In this document: in pieces, positions 25,688 through 39,776 of the stretch
Position numbering within the stretch: the stretch's first letter is position 1
Layout of the letters: every line of letters starts with the position of its first letter
NCBI GenBank assembly: GCA_051362555.1
Contig: CM120642.1
Location: 15,314,001 to 15,378,000, forward strand
Source: Lingula anatina
Taxonomy: Eukaryota; Animalia; Brachiopoda
Direction: 5' to 3'
Length of the DNA: 64,000 bases
Notes under the pieces: generated by a model
What the model was told of the DNA's origin: nothing
Seen by the model: only the letters and a program-made list of their open reading frames with translations
Databases searched by the model: none
Made by a program: the position numbers and the translations under genes

Positions 25688-28600
25688 TTATTTGCAATAT
25701 TAAACAAAATTTACCTGCATAATTATCACTGCTTCCTTATTATTAATCTAGCAGAGAGCTTAACCTATGGGAGTTTACAGGGAAATATCAACAAGTGTGC
25801 TTTATGTAATCTCAAATCACAAGTGTGCTTTATGTAGCCTATCAATTAGGCAAATTACTTTATAACTGAAATTAGCGAAGTGATACCCATGGGAAATTTA
25901 TAGACTGACCCTCTCAAAGGTCTTTCAGGCCCATAAGTCACAACTTAAGAAGAGCACAAAACAATAATGCACAAAATAGGAGACTACCACTTCTGATGCA
26001 ATAATACATTATGTTTAACTGCACAGTCAACATCAAATTTTAATTTTGCACAACAGGTAACACCAACGAAAGTAAAAGCATAAGGCTTCAGGCCCATCAG
26101 AGTTCAAGTTTATATTTAGAAAGTGCCAGAATGAGAAAAATGAAATTTCACACAAAATTGCATTAAATTCAATAATAAATGATAACCCAATTGACCTGGC
26201 TTTCTAATTTGAACTGCATGCCAATCCTAAAAATCATACTCTTAAGTTAAATATAATAATAAATAACACAGTTTTCTTTTCATAATGTTTGCAGTAGCAG
26301 TGCAAAAAGATTATTGTCAATTTTGATGTAACATTACATAATAAATTATAGAATAATTATCACCAATTTTTGATTATTGACTATAAATAGCATGAACATG
26401 TAGAAAATTTGATTACCATCCGGCTTCATGTCCATGGGAGCTCCGAGTCCCACAGTGAATATGCCAAAAAGATAATGAATATTTCACTAAAATGTATAAC
26501 TTTCAGAAAAAGAAGCCCATTAGACTGCTTTTCCAACTCGGGCTGCATTTTAGTCCTGTGTTTCTTTTTTGAAAGTTTGACAATCATAAGTAACAGGGTT
26601 TTCCCATCATGGTCATCATGGCAGATGTGGATGATTGAATCTGACAAACTGCAATGATATGTGTTAACATGCCTAAGAATTGAATCTGAGGAAATTTGAA
26701 AAAACAGTACAACTTCTAAAATAATGGCCCGATAACGCTGATTTTCGAACTCAACCTGCATTTTTGTAAGATTGACCACTCCTGTGAGTATAATGACAAT
26801 TGGCTAAGCTGTTTTTCTTATATTGTGTTATTAATGTTGCATATATGTTGAAAAAAGTGAAAAAAACAGCATAAAAAATTAAAAGAAAATGTAAAATAAA
26901 ACATAACAAAAAATACCAATAAAGCTGCTAATCAAACTTTTAATCTAGCTGTACAATTACTAACATGATATGAATAACCCTATTGAGTTTGAGAATAATG
27001 AGGCACTGTTATTCGTCTTTAGCATTAATGTAAGCGTTACACAAATTTTTTTTTGTAAACTTATTTTCCATATTAAATAACATTTACCTGCATAATAATC
27101 ATCGATTCCTAATTATGTGACACAGTTAAGAAAGCTAGACCGATGGGACTTTACAATGAAATCTCAATGTGTGTTTATGTAATCTCATTTAATGCCCACT
27201 TGAAAATCAATTAAGCAAATTATTTTATAACCCTGAATTAACTGCCTACTATCCATATACATTTATTGCACCAAATAGCACTGTACTGCATTGCTTTCAA
27301 AACAGAAAACAATTACGATGGTTTTCCAACACAAGCTGCACTTCAGTCTTTTCAGTAAGGTTGATTATCATAAGTAACATGGTTTTCCCTTAATCGCTAT
27401 CCTGGCAGCAGTGTCCAAAATAGGGTTTTCTTTAACTTTCATGCAATATAACATAATACTTAACAACATAATGACCATCAATTTTTTTATAAAAAAATTA
27501 AAGTATCATGGATATTCAGAAAATGTGATATGGAAAGGTCTCCAAGGACATGGAAGTTCGGGTCACACTTTCAAAATGCCGAAATGTTAACAAGAGATAA
27601 CTGTACTGAAATGATTTTCTTTCCATTTTCAACACCTTTTATTACATAAAACCATAATCAATTAACTGTCATTTTTAAATGATCAACTAGGAAAATTGTT
27701 GACATAGGAAAAATATCAATAGAACAATTTATAATGTCCAATTAGCTCCATTTGGAGATTCTGAACATAGTGAATGATTGAATCTGACGAACTGCAATGA
27801 TGAGTTCCTTTCCATTTTTGATACTTTATTACACAATGCAGGATAATAGGTTTACCGTCATTTTTATATAATCAACTAACAATATTGTTAAGAAGCAGAA
27901 AATGTTAAAACAACACTTTTACATATCCAATTAGTTCCGTAATGAGACTGTTAACATGCTTAAGAATTAAATCTGAAGAAAAACCACTTATATACAAAAA
28001 GGCTAATAACTTCATCAAAACTTAACTGATCAAGCTTATTTTCAAACTTGATCTGTATACTGGTCAGATTGATCACTCCTGTGAGTTGCAAGACAAAAGG
28101 CTGATTGGTTTTCCTTGAAATGTGTTATCAGTGTTGCATGTATGCTGAATAAAGGGACAAAAAACAGCATTACTTTTGTAAAAATAGTCCAATCATGCCA
28201 ATTTTCAAACTTGACCTGCGTATTATAAATATTCACCAGTTCTGTAAATTTCAATCCAAAAGGAAAAACATTTTTACACTTATCTTGTTATCGGTGTTAT
28301 AAAAGTGCTGAAATAATTGAAAAAAAAAAAAACAAAAAAACAAACAAACAAACAAACAAAAAAAAAACAGGATAACTTCCATAAAAATTGCCCGATCTTG
28401 CTGATTTTCAAACTTGACCTGCGTATTATGAATATTCATTAGTTCTGTAAGTTTCAAGCCAAATGAAAAAACAGTTTTCCACTTATTGTGTTATCTGTGC
28501 TGCATATATGCTGAAAAAAGTGAAACAAGACATGAATGTTCTGAAATGGGTTTATTTCCATTTTTAACACTTTTTTAACATAAAACAAAATAAACATTTT

Positions 28601-29364
28601 ACTGCCATTTTTATATGACCAACTAAAAAAATTGATGAGATGGGAAAAGTATCAATAGAACAGTGTTAAATGTCCAATTTCCTCCATTCTGAGATTCTGA
28701 ACATAGTGGATGATTGAATCTGACAAACTGCAATGATATGAGTTTATTTCCATTTTTGACACTTTATTACACAATACATGATAACAAGTTTACCATGTTT
28801 TTACATAATCAACTAACAATGTTGTAAAGATGCAGGAAATATCAAACAAACACTTTTAGGCATCTTATTAGTTAAATAATGAGACTGTTAACTTGCTTAA
28901 GAATTGAATCTGAGGAAATGTGAAAAAAACAGTATAACTTCTAAAATAATGGCCCGATTATGCTGATTTTCGAACTCAACCTGCGTTTTAGTAAGATTGA
29001 CCACTCCTGTGAGTATAATTACAATTGGCCAATCCGTTTTTCTTATATTGTGTTATCAGTGTTGCATTTATATTGAAAATAGTGAAAAAACAGCATAAAT
29101 TCCCTCAAAATAGCCCAATCATGCTGATTTTCGAACTTGACCTGCGTATTATGAATATCAGGGCACTATAAATTTAAGACAGCTTGCTCACTATACCTTT
29201 TAATGTGTTAGCTTGTGGGTTATATATGAAATCCAGATGGAGCTGGCAACACCGCAATCTAGAACCTAGGGTAGTAAAGTGTCAATATCTGGCCCTGGTA
29301 GAGCCTAGGGAGTAAGGAAAATACATGCGGTCTGGGACATGCATGTACATAAAGACAGTGTGGT

Positions 29365-29629
29365 CAGTGGCGGATATAGAACTGGGGTCGGGGGGGGGGG
29401 GGGGGGGTCCTGACCCCCCCCCCCCCCCCCCCATCGATTTCTGGTCCCCTCTTGAAATTAGAATTTTGACTTGCTGTATCATAGGTATGAACCGTACCAA
29501 ATGGCACCGTTCGCCCTTTAAAATACCAAAAAATTATGGGACCCTTCACGCCAAGTTGAGGGGGGAGGTTCGCTTTCGCATCCGCAGACCCCCACCCCAC
29601 CCCTTCAAACAATCCTACATCCGCCCCTG
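29365..29629. mobile_element. MITE with CAGTGGCGGAT-type TIRs and an internal G-run/C-run hairpin
   Basis: CAGTGGCGGATATAG ... CTACATCCGCCCCTG (13/15 match). Flanks GTGGT/ATAGT may be a decayed 5-bp TSD. Confidence 0.7.
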
Positions 29630-30426
29630 ATAGTGAATATTAAGTTTTTTTCTAAAATATGGAGGCACAGGGAAATTACTGTTTAATCAATACCTTTCTC
29701 AGTAGATCGTCATTTAAATTCTCCGTTTTTATCTTCAAGTTCAAGCTCGTCGTTTTCTTTTTGTTGACGCTGTCGCTAATCTCCGTTTGTTCCTTTGAAG
29801 CAGAGTGGCATTTGCGCAACGTTACACGACTTATACATCTTAAAATACAATCTGGCTTTGCAAAATTTTCCGAAAGGCAAATGAAAATTCCCTTAGCAAA
29901 GACCATGCACCCCATGTCCGACTAAAAAACATGTAGCTAATGTTACACACTTTATCAGCATCATCTCCACCAACCAGTAAGATGTGTTATCGACTCCAGT
30001 TGTTTGCCCGGAAGTCTAGCTACATTAGCGAATTTGACCAGACAGAGAGTTGCTCCCTCAAAAGATGAAAATACGAGTAGCAGATCTCGCTAGTCATATT
30101 TATAGCGTCTGCAATAATATTTATTTGCATTTATATTGACGCCTTAGATTGCCTCCCATTCTAGACGACGTCAACGAGGTTGCCGTCCGGCGTCCGTTGT
30201 CGGAGGCAGCTGCTGCGGGCGAGCTGCTACACTGTTCATGTACGGTAGCTACTGCGGTTGTGTACAAATTCAATAAAGACAAGGTGAGGTCAAATTGCCT
30301 TACTCCAATTACTTGACAGTGGCGTTATCTGTGTGTTACTGTTCTTAGCTTACTGGCAGGTCGATTTCGCTGCCTTGTGTGCCACAGGGTACTGAAGACT
30401 TCAAGTTCATGAGGACCATGGTACGT

Positions 30427-32240
30427 CAGCGTTTGACACTCGCACTCGCCAGCTCGCCAATGCGAGTTAAAATTAAATCTGGCGAGTGAAAATGATGGTG
30501 CAAGTCGCCATTTTGGCGATTTATGTCAACTTACTGTATCAAGTTTATCGGCAAAATTTAGACTCAATTTAAGTCCGACTCGTATGCCAAAAATTACAGG
30601 GAAGTTCATGGGATTACCCTTACTGCTAACCTCATTTTCACTCTCATAATCGTGATTGCTTGAAAGTGGGGAATTCCGTAATGACGTATTCACAGTCTCG
30701 CTGTCGTTTTTGAAAGCATCTAGCCTTCGTTTGCGCGCCGGATTTTGACGAAGTATAGGAAATGCTGTCTGTTTCGTTTCACTTGCGTCTTGCGATTTTG
30801 CGCAGTTGACGCTTCCGGGAGAAAACGTGATGCACGTGGATCATCAAGCTGCATGGAAAAGTTTTTAAAAATTTCAAAACGCCAAGTAGAAGAGACTGAG
30901 AGTGAGAGCGTAGCAGAATCGGCTTCAACTTCAAGTGGTAAGTAAACAAAATCAAAGCAGAAACGAACTAATAGTCTGAGCTCTTTGACCCAACGCATGT
31001 TTTTGACGTTTTCTGATTTTTTTCCTGAGCGGAACAAAAAAAGAAAAAAGGGGGGGAGGGGGTTAAATGCGTGCGACGTGCAACGTGTGTAGGGTAAGAG
31101 AACTTGAATTACCTAGCGCACGCTATTACAGTACAGTGCAATACTATACAAATAATACAAAATAATGAATTTTATTTCAACTCGGATACAATTGAATCTT
31201 TTAACAATCTCGTTAGGTTTTCAGCAGTTCACCGACTGCATCTCCGTCAGTGCGACTTACGGAGTTCACCCTGAATATCACAAGTTCTCTAATAATGATA
31301 GTGCTTAATTTAACCTCATTTTAATATTTATTTTGAAACGAGTATTTCTTTATATGTATTTATTAAGACCCCATATCTGAACGGTCTACTTGTTTGTCCC
31401 AATTGTTGATTTTAACGTTGTTAAATGTTTAGCTCTTTTTCACATGTACCAGTAATTGATTATGTCTGACTCAGTGATTGTGTTGGCAGTCTTTAATAAA
31501 CTTGACACTTAAAAATTGCAGGTACCAAACCAAAAACACCAAGAATTGAAAAAAGGGATGCAGTGACAGTGATGAGGGGTTTGATGACTGTTATAGTGAT
31601 TCAGATGAAGACAATGAAATGACTGAGAAGGATGTGGAGCAGTTTTTAAGACAAAATTGATCTTTATACTGACTTTTATCTCTTCATCGGTATCAGGACA
31701 ATTTCACCCCGGCCGATTCCCCCCAAAGAATATACATTTATGTACAAATATATAGTAAAGAGCATGAAGCTTAAATCCTTGCATCTATTGTATGAATATT
31801 TCTTGGTGTGATGATGCAACTTAAAGATACAAAATATAAATTTCATTAAACAAATTATGTTCACGGAGTACAAGTTCAGAAAATTTTAGAAATATAAGTA
31901 CAGAAAATTTTATTAAAAATCTAATCAAAGTATCTCTAGGTAAAGTGGGGTAAATAAATATGCATATAGTTTATGTTTAATTAGAATGTGCAAAATCTGT
32001 AGACTAAAGAATAAACACAGTTCTAGGTTTAAAAAAGGTTTTAAATTTTTTTCTTTATTTGCTTATGATAACATCTCCATCATGAGTCATTACCACATGG
32101 CCTGCACTTTGAATATTTGGCCAGTAACTTCGTAATAAAGCTGGCCAAAGTCTGGCTTGTGCATTTTCGGTTTGGCCAGTAACTTTCAGAGCACACTGGC
32201 CAAATTGGCCTGTACTATTTCAAACGAAGGTCAAACACTG
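30427..32240 (+). mobile_element. 1.8-kb internally deleted DNA transposon (hAT5-like) with 5-bp TSD TACGT
   Basis: TIRs CAGCGTTTGAC / GTCAAACACTG. TACGT at 30422-30426 and 32241-32245. Subterminal CTCGCC (left) and TGGCC (right) motif arrays. Residual spliced ORF 30853-30937 + 31522-31660. Confidence 0.85.
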
Positions 32241-32712
32241 TACGTAGGCGCTGCTCAAACTGGTCTTCATTTTACACTTTTTGAGGCCTTTGCTTTCACG
32301 CATTAGCACAGCATACATGTCAGTATTGTCACTAGGAGTTTTTATCAATTTCATGATAGGTACAGGGAGACAGAGATCTATGGCTCATCATCAAAGCATG
32401 GCACATTGTCAGAGCTATTCTCTCTACTTAAATATTAATATTATATTAATTTGTTGTTTTATAGGCTTTAAAGGGATATAGATAATTATTTAATAAATAT
32501 AGCCTTGAAGGTGCACAAGAAACTTTTTTTTAGTGAACCTAGAGGTTTTGCACATCAAGTACATTTTGGCAGCTTTAGTATATATATAAAATGAAGTCAT
32601 GTCTTCCATTTTCGATGAAAATGTGGTGGATATAATTTTACTATCTGTATAATGTTTACTTATTAACATTTGTGCATTAAATTTGAAATGTATATTTCCA
32701 GTAAAAGAAGTC

Positions 32713-35700
32713 ATGCATCACACAAAAAGCTTCCTGAGGTTTTGGCTGGCATCTGGCAGACTGCCTGTCAGTTATAACAGAGGATATCTAACATGGACTG
32801 TTTATAAAGGTTTGGAAGTACATGTTTGTTTAGGGTGCATTCCCAGAGATTTAGATTGATCCAGAGATTAAGATTTATATTGACCTAACTCCCTGGGGGT
32901 TCATGCTAAATTGCAGTCAGCCGAGCGCGCACCATAGTTAATTACCCCCTTACAGCTTTTAGTAGGCGGGACAGACGCTTAAGACGGCTAAGCTGACAGT
33001 AATCTAGCGAGACTCCCCACAGGGATAGATCGATCTAAAATCTATAGGAATGGGGTCTTAGTGTTTCCTTTTTGTGTATATGTGTGTTAGAATAAAGTTG
33101 TGAAAGCTGGGAGCTAGTGCACATTGACCAATGCATACGACTTCACATATATCACTACTGTTAATCTTTTTGTCAAATTTAACCGAGATGTAACATTAAT
33201 TTTTGCCTTGTCGATGTTTTCATCAAAAATTAATATTGCCTGTTATGCATTAGGTACTGGTATTTCTAGAAGTGTCAAGCCTAGATGCAGACTAAATAAT
33301 TTTTTTGTTTTTTTACAACCATGTAATGTTATAGCTCTCTTGTTCTACATAGTATGATTTAGTATTATAGTGATTTTTATTCTACAATATTTCAGAATGC
33401 CATAGACAAATACTTTATCACCCACTCCTAGGCAAAACTACCACAAAAATAGCTAAAAGGACAGCACCTCAAATGGCAAATAATTTTTTCTTGGGGGTTA
33501 TGTATCATGCATCATCATCTCACAATAATGACAACAAAACTGGTGGTATAAACAAGAAAAAGTTGCCTGATAGTACAGAGGAAGAGCCTAGCATGTCATC
33601 TAGTAGTGAGGGAAGCTCTTCTGGGCTTGAAAGTTGTGGAGAGAAACAGGACACAAGTGCTCCAGTGCAGAGTTCATATGTAAAAGGTATGTGTACAAAA
33701 ATGGGTTTTTCGTGCTCATAGACTTTTTTATGCTAGTATGACAATCTGGCTTACACTAAATGAGAAAATTTTAGGTTATTTGATTATTTTTGCCAAATGA
33801 ATTCCAATTTGATGATGAGGGCAGAAAAATTTGATAAAGTTGTTAATGACCACAGCCAAGCCTAATTTTGAGGATTTTTTATGATATACTCAATATGCTA
33901 TGAGAATTCCTGGTTAAACCCCTGCTGTTAACTTTTTTTTTACATTGATGGCATGTCATTAGATTTTATTTCACTCTTCAATTCCAGTTGTGCCAAAAAC
34001 CAGTGTACCAAAGACAGACCGATACACAGATAATATAAGGTTGACTGTCCATGATGTCAAAAAGAAGTTTATGTTATCAGATGAGTATGTAGACATTGAT
34101 GTTATATTACTGAGTGTATGTACTACAGTTTATGTAGATATTTATATTATATTGCTCTAGTGTAAATGGTTGGTTCACTTCTAATTGAAATGCCCTTGGT
34201 CTTATTATTTATTTACTGCTTTATTTCATCAATTGAGAATTGTCAGTTGTGCAGAAGATGACATTTTGATTTTATATTTGATTTTATAGAGATATTAGGC
34301 AACTAAAAGGGAAAGAACAGCGAAGTCCATATTCTGGTGTGGATCATATTGTGGTGTACATGGAAAAAGATGTGAGAGCATTGTAAGGTTTATTTTTATT
34401 ATTATTTTGTTATAAGATTATTTTGTGGGGACACAAGTGGAAATAATATGCCATTCATGTTAAATTTAACTTTGAAAATAAGGACCATGTTTTATGTAGT
34501 ATACATGGGATTTAGTCTCTATGAAAATAAGTAGTAATAGATCTTATATTTCATGAAACAGTCAGGTAGAGAAGAAGATATGCAACACAGCATATAGTCT
34601 GTTTAAATTGGATATTTCAGAGCATATAAAAAATATGGAGGACAAGCCAATTTTTTGGAAATGCAACGTAGACAAGAAGAATTAAGGGAAAGGGCACAAA
34701 AGATGGGTAAGATGGTTTTGCCTTCATTGTATTTTAAACCTAAGTACGTGAGATGAATTAATGTTTATATGCTTGGCTTCTCAGATTGAATAGACTTAAT
34801 ACATATTTTTAAATATTTTAAGAAAAAAGTTGCACTTCTTCTCTAGCCTTATTTAAGCTCTTTTTTATGGGGACAGGTATATAAGAGCCTGAAAATTTTG
34901 ACCTTAGAAACAACCTGTACTGGACACAAAGATGAATACTTTTTTTCTGTGTTTCTTTTATCAGATGTTACACAACTGTCCAAGCGCATTCTCCATCTTC
35001 CACCAAAAGTAAGTCACTAAACTAGAATTTAAATAGAATGGATTTAATCATGCTATTTATTGATCATTTTTTAAAAATTGCAGTGATATCTGTAATTTTT
35101 TAATTGGTACACGTATTCCACTGTTCTGCTTGGTTTGTTCATTGGTACAGTATACATGTATCCAGATCTTATGTCTTTTAGGTTTTTACTCCTCCTTCGG
35201 ACAGTAAAGAGATTGACAAGGGAACTGTATGGGCCTGCCAGTTTGCGGTTTTCACGTAAGTTACTATGCACATACATCTGCCAAACTGAAACTCAATACT
35301 TCTGATTTCTTTCGGATTCCTATTTTTCATTGAGATAGCTTTGTGCTATTGTATGGGCAGTTTTCATAGTTACTCATAGATCTGCTAGACTGTGAAACTC
35401 AATACTTTTGATTTCTTTCTGATTCCTATATTTCACTGTGATAGCTGTGTACGTTTTTCTTATTTCCATAATGTCTCTCCAAAACCAAACTTGAAAATAG
35501 TGCTTTATTTTGAAATGTTGGGCAAATTTTTGTAAGGAATGACATGTTTGCCATTTATTCCCCTTTTTTTCCAGGAACTTTGTAGCTTTTGGTGCCAAAG
35601 GTATTATATGGTATCAAACGGGGTTTGACAGTATGTTTGCCGAAATGCTGCATTCTTTGGTAGATGTAACTAACCAGGTAAGCTCTTTCGTCACAGACAA

Positions 35701-38700
35701 ATGCTGCAGTGCAACTGTGAATTATCACAGAAAGAAATCAGTTATTGCTACAAGCTGTAATTTTTAACTCTTTATTTATTTATTTATTTTTAACTGTTGC
35801 AAAATCGATTGTGGAATTACGTAATTATTCTGTGGCCAGAATTGAATGCAATTTTCACAAACACTATAGCAATACTTATCTGCACATTTTTTACAGGCTT
35901 TTCTTCTGTACGGGGTTTATAAAGCAAGCAAAAAACCTGATTCCATTCACCCGTAAGTTGCATAAAAAAAGACATCATTGACAATAGAACAGAACCATAT
36001 ATGTAGCAACAAAATGCATTGTTAACAATCACAAATTCAATGATGTCAGCAGTGATTTGTCACTGTCCAAGACTTAGCGTGCTGGCTTACAATATTAATT
36101 GACCGACCAATACATGTATTCACATACACAGGTAAAGCTTGCTCAACTTACTTGTCTATAAAAAAAAAAACAGTTTGCAGTCTTTAACATGTGCCTCATG
36201 ATGCTTTCATCAGATGAAGCTGTTCACAGTATTGTTTTCCTAAATAGAAGAATTTTAATTAGGCCTCTTTTGCTGAAAAAGTAGATATATATTTGCTCCC
36301 AAATTAGTTTACCCAGCTTGAGAAATGGCATAGAACTTACGTACCAAATAAAATTTGGTTTCAGATCAAGCCTTTTCCAATCAATGGGGTAGTTCTTTGG
36401 AACCCCTTGTGCCCCTTTCCCTTTTGTCTTGTCACTTACATATCTTTTTTCTTTTATTTCAGTACTGTTTTCCATGTTATAAGATCGTATCATTATGTTG
36501 TAGGTATGGTTACAGCCAAATAAGGCCACTGACTTCCTTTCTCAGTGCCTTAGTCATATGTGGGGTAGGAGCAGTGTCAATATACCATGGCATCCTTGGA
36601 TTTTTTAACCCAGGAGAACTTGTTTCCCCATTTTATGTAAGAGCTTACATAAGAAATGTATATGTTCTTAATCATTTACTAAGTCAGGTTTATAAATGTC
36701 AAGTGACAATCATTGATCTCAGGTATAAAGGTTTTTATGTTGACCTAGTGTTATAATGAAAGAAAATACTATTCAGAATCTCCAGTGTTATATTCACAAA
36801 TAGATCGATTATTCTTTCAATGTAATACTCTCAAATTCACTTGTCCAAGATTATGTAATGTCAAGTATAAAGAAAGAATAAGGTATTTTGAAATTCAGTT
36901 ATATGTCTTGTTTTTCAGGCATATATCGTATTGGCCGTTTCTGGGATATGTGAAGCAAGTAAGAACAAATTTGGCAAATCTCTCTCTCTCTCTTAGTTCT
37001 AATCTAAGTTGCTTTATGTTTCTTGTTTATCATTAATGTTTTTTAATGGTGCCTTCTGATCTGATATTTAAGATTACTAGCATATGGAAATATGATTAAA
37101 AGTTGATAACTGAGATAGTGTTTATAATCATGTCTCATTAGATTCAGTCATGGTTTCCTATATTATAAAAGTATATAATTATACACGTATATATTCAAGA
37201 AGAGCAAATATATGAGCCTTGTGTTGAAATATTGGAGGCAATAGGTCAACTGGGTGAAGATATATTTGCTAGAAAAATTCTGGCCAGATCTGGTGATGAA
37301 CTGGTTACTGGTTAAGAAATGATCTAAACTTGTGAGCCTTTTCTTAGTCATTGTAGTAAAGTAAACAGTTAATTGTGCTTGAAATTTAAATTAATTGTTC
37401 TTTTATTTATTTACTTTTTCAGTATCTCTACGTGTAGTACTCAAGACAATAAACCAAAAAAAATCATCAGATATGAGCATGAAAAACTGGTGTAAGTTGA
37501 AAAGCTTGAAACATTGTTGTCCCAAAGTTTTGTTAACCTAAAATCATAATTTCATATATCTTTGCTGGGAAAATTAAATTAAACCATCTGAAAATATATA
37601 AAAAAAGTCCTTGATCCATGGTTAAGCATGTTTATTTCAAATTCTGCCATAACTTCGAGCACTAAGTTTTGGGTTGTATGCTATCTAAAATTATGTCAAG
37701 GTTGTTGACGAGTGGCAACATTTGTCAGGATGGGAAAAATCATTGGGCCCATTGATTCACGGCATTTACCTGTTTAAAAAAGATTAATTGAAAAGTTTTA
37801 CTTTTCCTCAGGGAAGTTCAACAATAAGTGGTTATGTTTTTAACATGTTTTAAAAATCATACTCTTTGTCCCTTCTTCTTAGCCAAATAATTCACATTTC
37901 AGATAAGATCTTGACATTTTGGAATGAGACTGAATTCAATGTTCCTGCTTAGACCCATTTTGAGTGGTAAAAAAAAAATCCTCAGCAATATTTATTTTTC
38001 CAGTATATGCATGGAAGGACCCCACCCTGAATCTGATCTTACTGGAAGACAGTGCAGCAGTCATAGGCGTTGCCTTAGCCTCTGCAGGTGTAGGGCTCAC
38101 TCATCTCACTTCCAATCCTTTTTACGACTCCTTGGGATCTGTTTGTATTGGAGGACTTCTGATGTTTGTGGCAAATTTCATACTACGCAGTAATTTAGAA
38201 ACAATCATTGGAAAGTAAGTTTTAACTTTAACAATGATTGCTGACTGATTCAGACCTTCTCTCACCATTTTCCTATTATTATATTATTATATATTGTATT
38301 AAAAGCAAACAGTTCAGTCGTTATTGTTGTGCACATAATAAAAATTGCTGAATAATAACATCATTTGTATGTTGTTTATGGTATCATATGTCGGACTGTT
38401 TATTGCAGGTCAATTCCACCAAAACAACTGGCAGGGATCACTTCTGATCTGGAATGTGATAAAGTTGTAAGGTAACAGCAAAGAATAAAGAGCCCTTGTT
38501 CTAAAGTAGCGTTTTTTAATATATATATAACTTGAAGTCTTTGGTAGCAGTTTTTTTTTTTAATTGCATTGGCTTTATCCCATATGACAGGAACTGATAG
38601 GAATTATTGGCCATTGTTGGCGTTGTGCTTTATTTCAGAGGTGTCCACGACGTGAAGACCACTGATATGGGAGGCGCGACAAAATTCAAGGCAGAAGTGG

Positions 38701-39776
38701 ACTTTGATGGCAAGATGGTTTCCTTAAATTACCTCAGTAGACAAAACAAAAAGGCAATATTGGAGGTAAGCTTTCTGTCTTTTGCTGCCTTCCCATTTAT
38801 TTTTATCAGAACTGAAGCAGGCAGGTGAACTAATCACATTTTAAGAACATGACTATAAATGGCTATAAATTTTCACTTCAATCTTTAATCGAGTATCAAT
38901 ATTTAACCAAGTAATTATAACTGATTGAAAATTTTACTCTCATCATAAAATCTAACTTTCACTGTATTTTAACTATTTTCTTAATATTTTATCATCGTTT
39001 ATGTTATTAATTTGAGCCTGTCTTTCTTATATGCTCTTTATTTTTATGAGAACAGCACTGAATTGCATGAGAAGTGTGGTTTTAAAGCAATGAATATTGT
39101 TATGATTATTATTTTGTATGTGTACTTAAGGAGATGAAGTGTGCCAAGACTGTGGAGGATGCAGAAGCTATCATAGTGAAGCATGGGGAGGGGATATCAG
39201 ACCAACTTGGCATGGAGATAGACAGGCTGGAGAGTAACCTCAAGGTGGGGCGCATGGTCTTTTAAGTTTCAGAGATTAGTCTTTAAGATAACTGCTTTAT
39301 GCTTCAGTGAGGTGCAAGGCTTTCCCCTAGAGAGCCATCCAGCTGTTATTATAATGGCCAGGAGCCTCAAAATTCGGCCTATATTTCCAAAGATGGCTGG
39401 CTGGCTTACAAAATTTTGGGGTTGGTTGGCTGGACTTTCTTAGGTTTGACTCCCTGTAAATGAAGAACCAAATTGTAGATTCACTTTCTGGTCTTCCTGT
39501 ACACCAAATACTGGTGAAACGCCTGGTAAGGTGTTGTGTATTTTGTAGAGACAAAGAGAGAGAGAGGGAGAGAAAGGGGGAGGATATATAAATAAACCTC
39601 TCGTAAAGATAAAAAAATGTAGAGCAAATTTTGCATGTTTTAAGAACTTAATAAGTTACTAATTGTATGAAACAACTCATGAAATTTTCTTTGCAAATAA
39701 TTGAGTTGTTTATATTTTTGGTATTTTTCAGAAAAAACATACTCATCTGCGGCACATAGATATAGAGATAAACTGA
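32713..39776 (+). CDS. SLC30A9: Zinc transporter 9-like (mitochondrial CDF family), divergent. Exons approx. 32713-32819, 33396-33686, 33988-34084, 34290-34382, 34621-34706, 34965-35008, 35182-35255, 35575-35677, 35897-35952, 36504-36636, 36919-36958, 37423-37490, 38004-38214, 38409-38471, 38639-38765, 39131-39245, 39732-39776; probable non-coding first exon ending at 30283
   Basis: SMFAEMLHSLVDVTNQ, HPYGYS, DPTLNLILLEDSAAVIGV, NPFYDSLGSVCIG, VHDVKTTDMGG..KFKAEVDFDG, KHGEGISDQLGMEIDRLE, LRHIDIE, and the N-terminal RSPY segment typical of ZnT9. Confidence 0.9.
32833..33057. mobile_element. MITE with TTA flanks (PIF/Harbinger-like), family copy 1
   Basis: tta-GGGTGCATTCC...GGAATGGGGTC-tta; internal sequence aligns with 45367-45580. 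Confidence 0.7.

Larger units (their letters stand above)
24800..29160. repeat. Complex degenerate tandem-repeat/satellite array
   Basis: Recurring blocks, e.g. GAATTGAATCTGAGGAAAT...TTTTCGAACTCAACCTGC at ~26677 and ~28901; TTTTCAAACTTGACCTGCGTATTAT at ~28202, ~28405, ~29128; GATTGAATCTGAC.AACTGCAATGA at ~26632, ~27776, ~28712. Confidence 0.85.
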
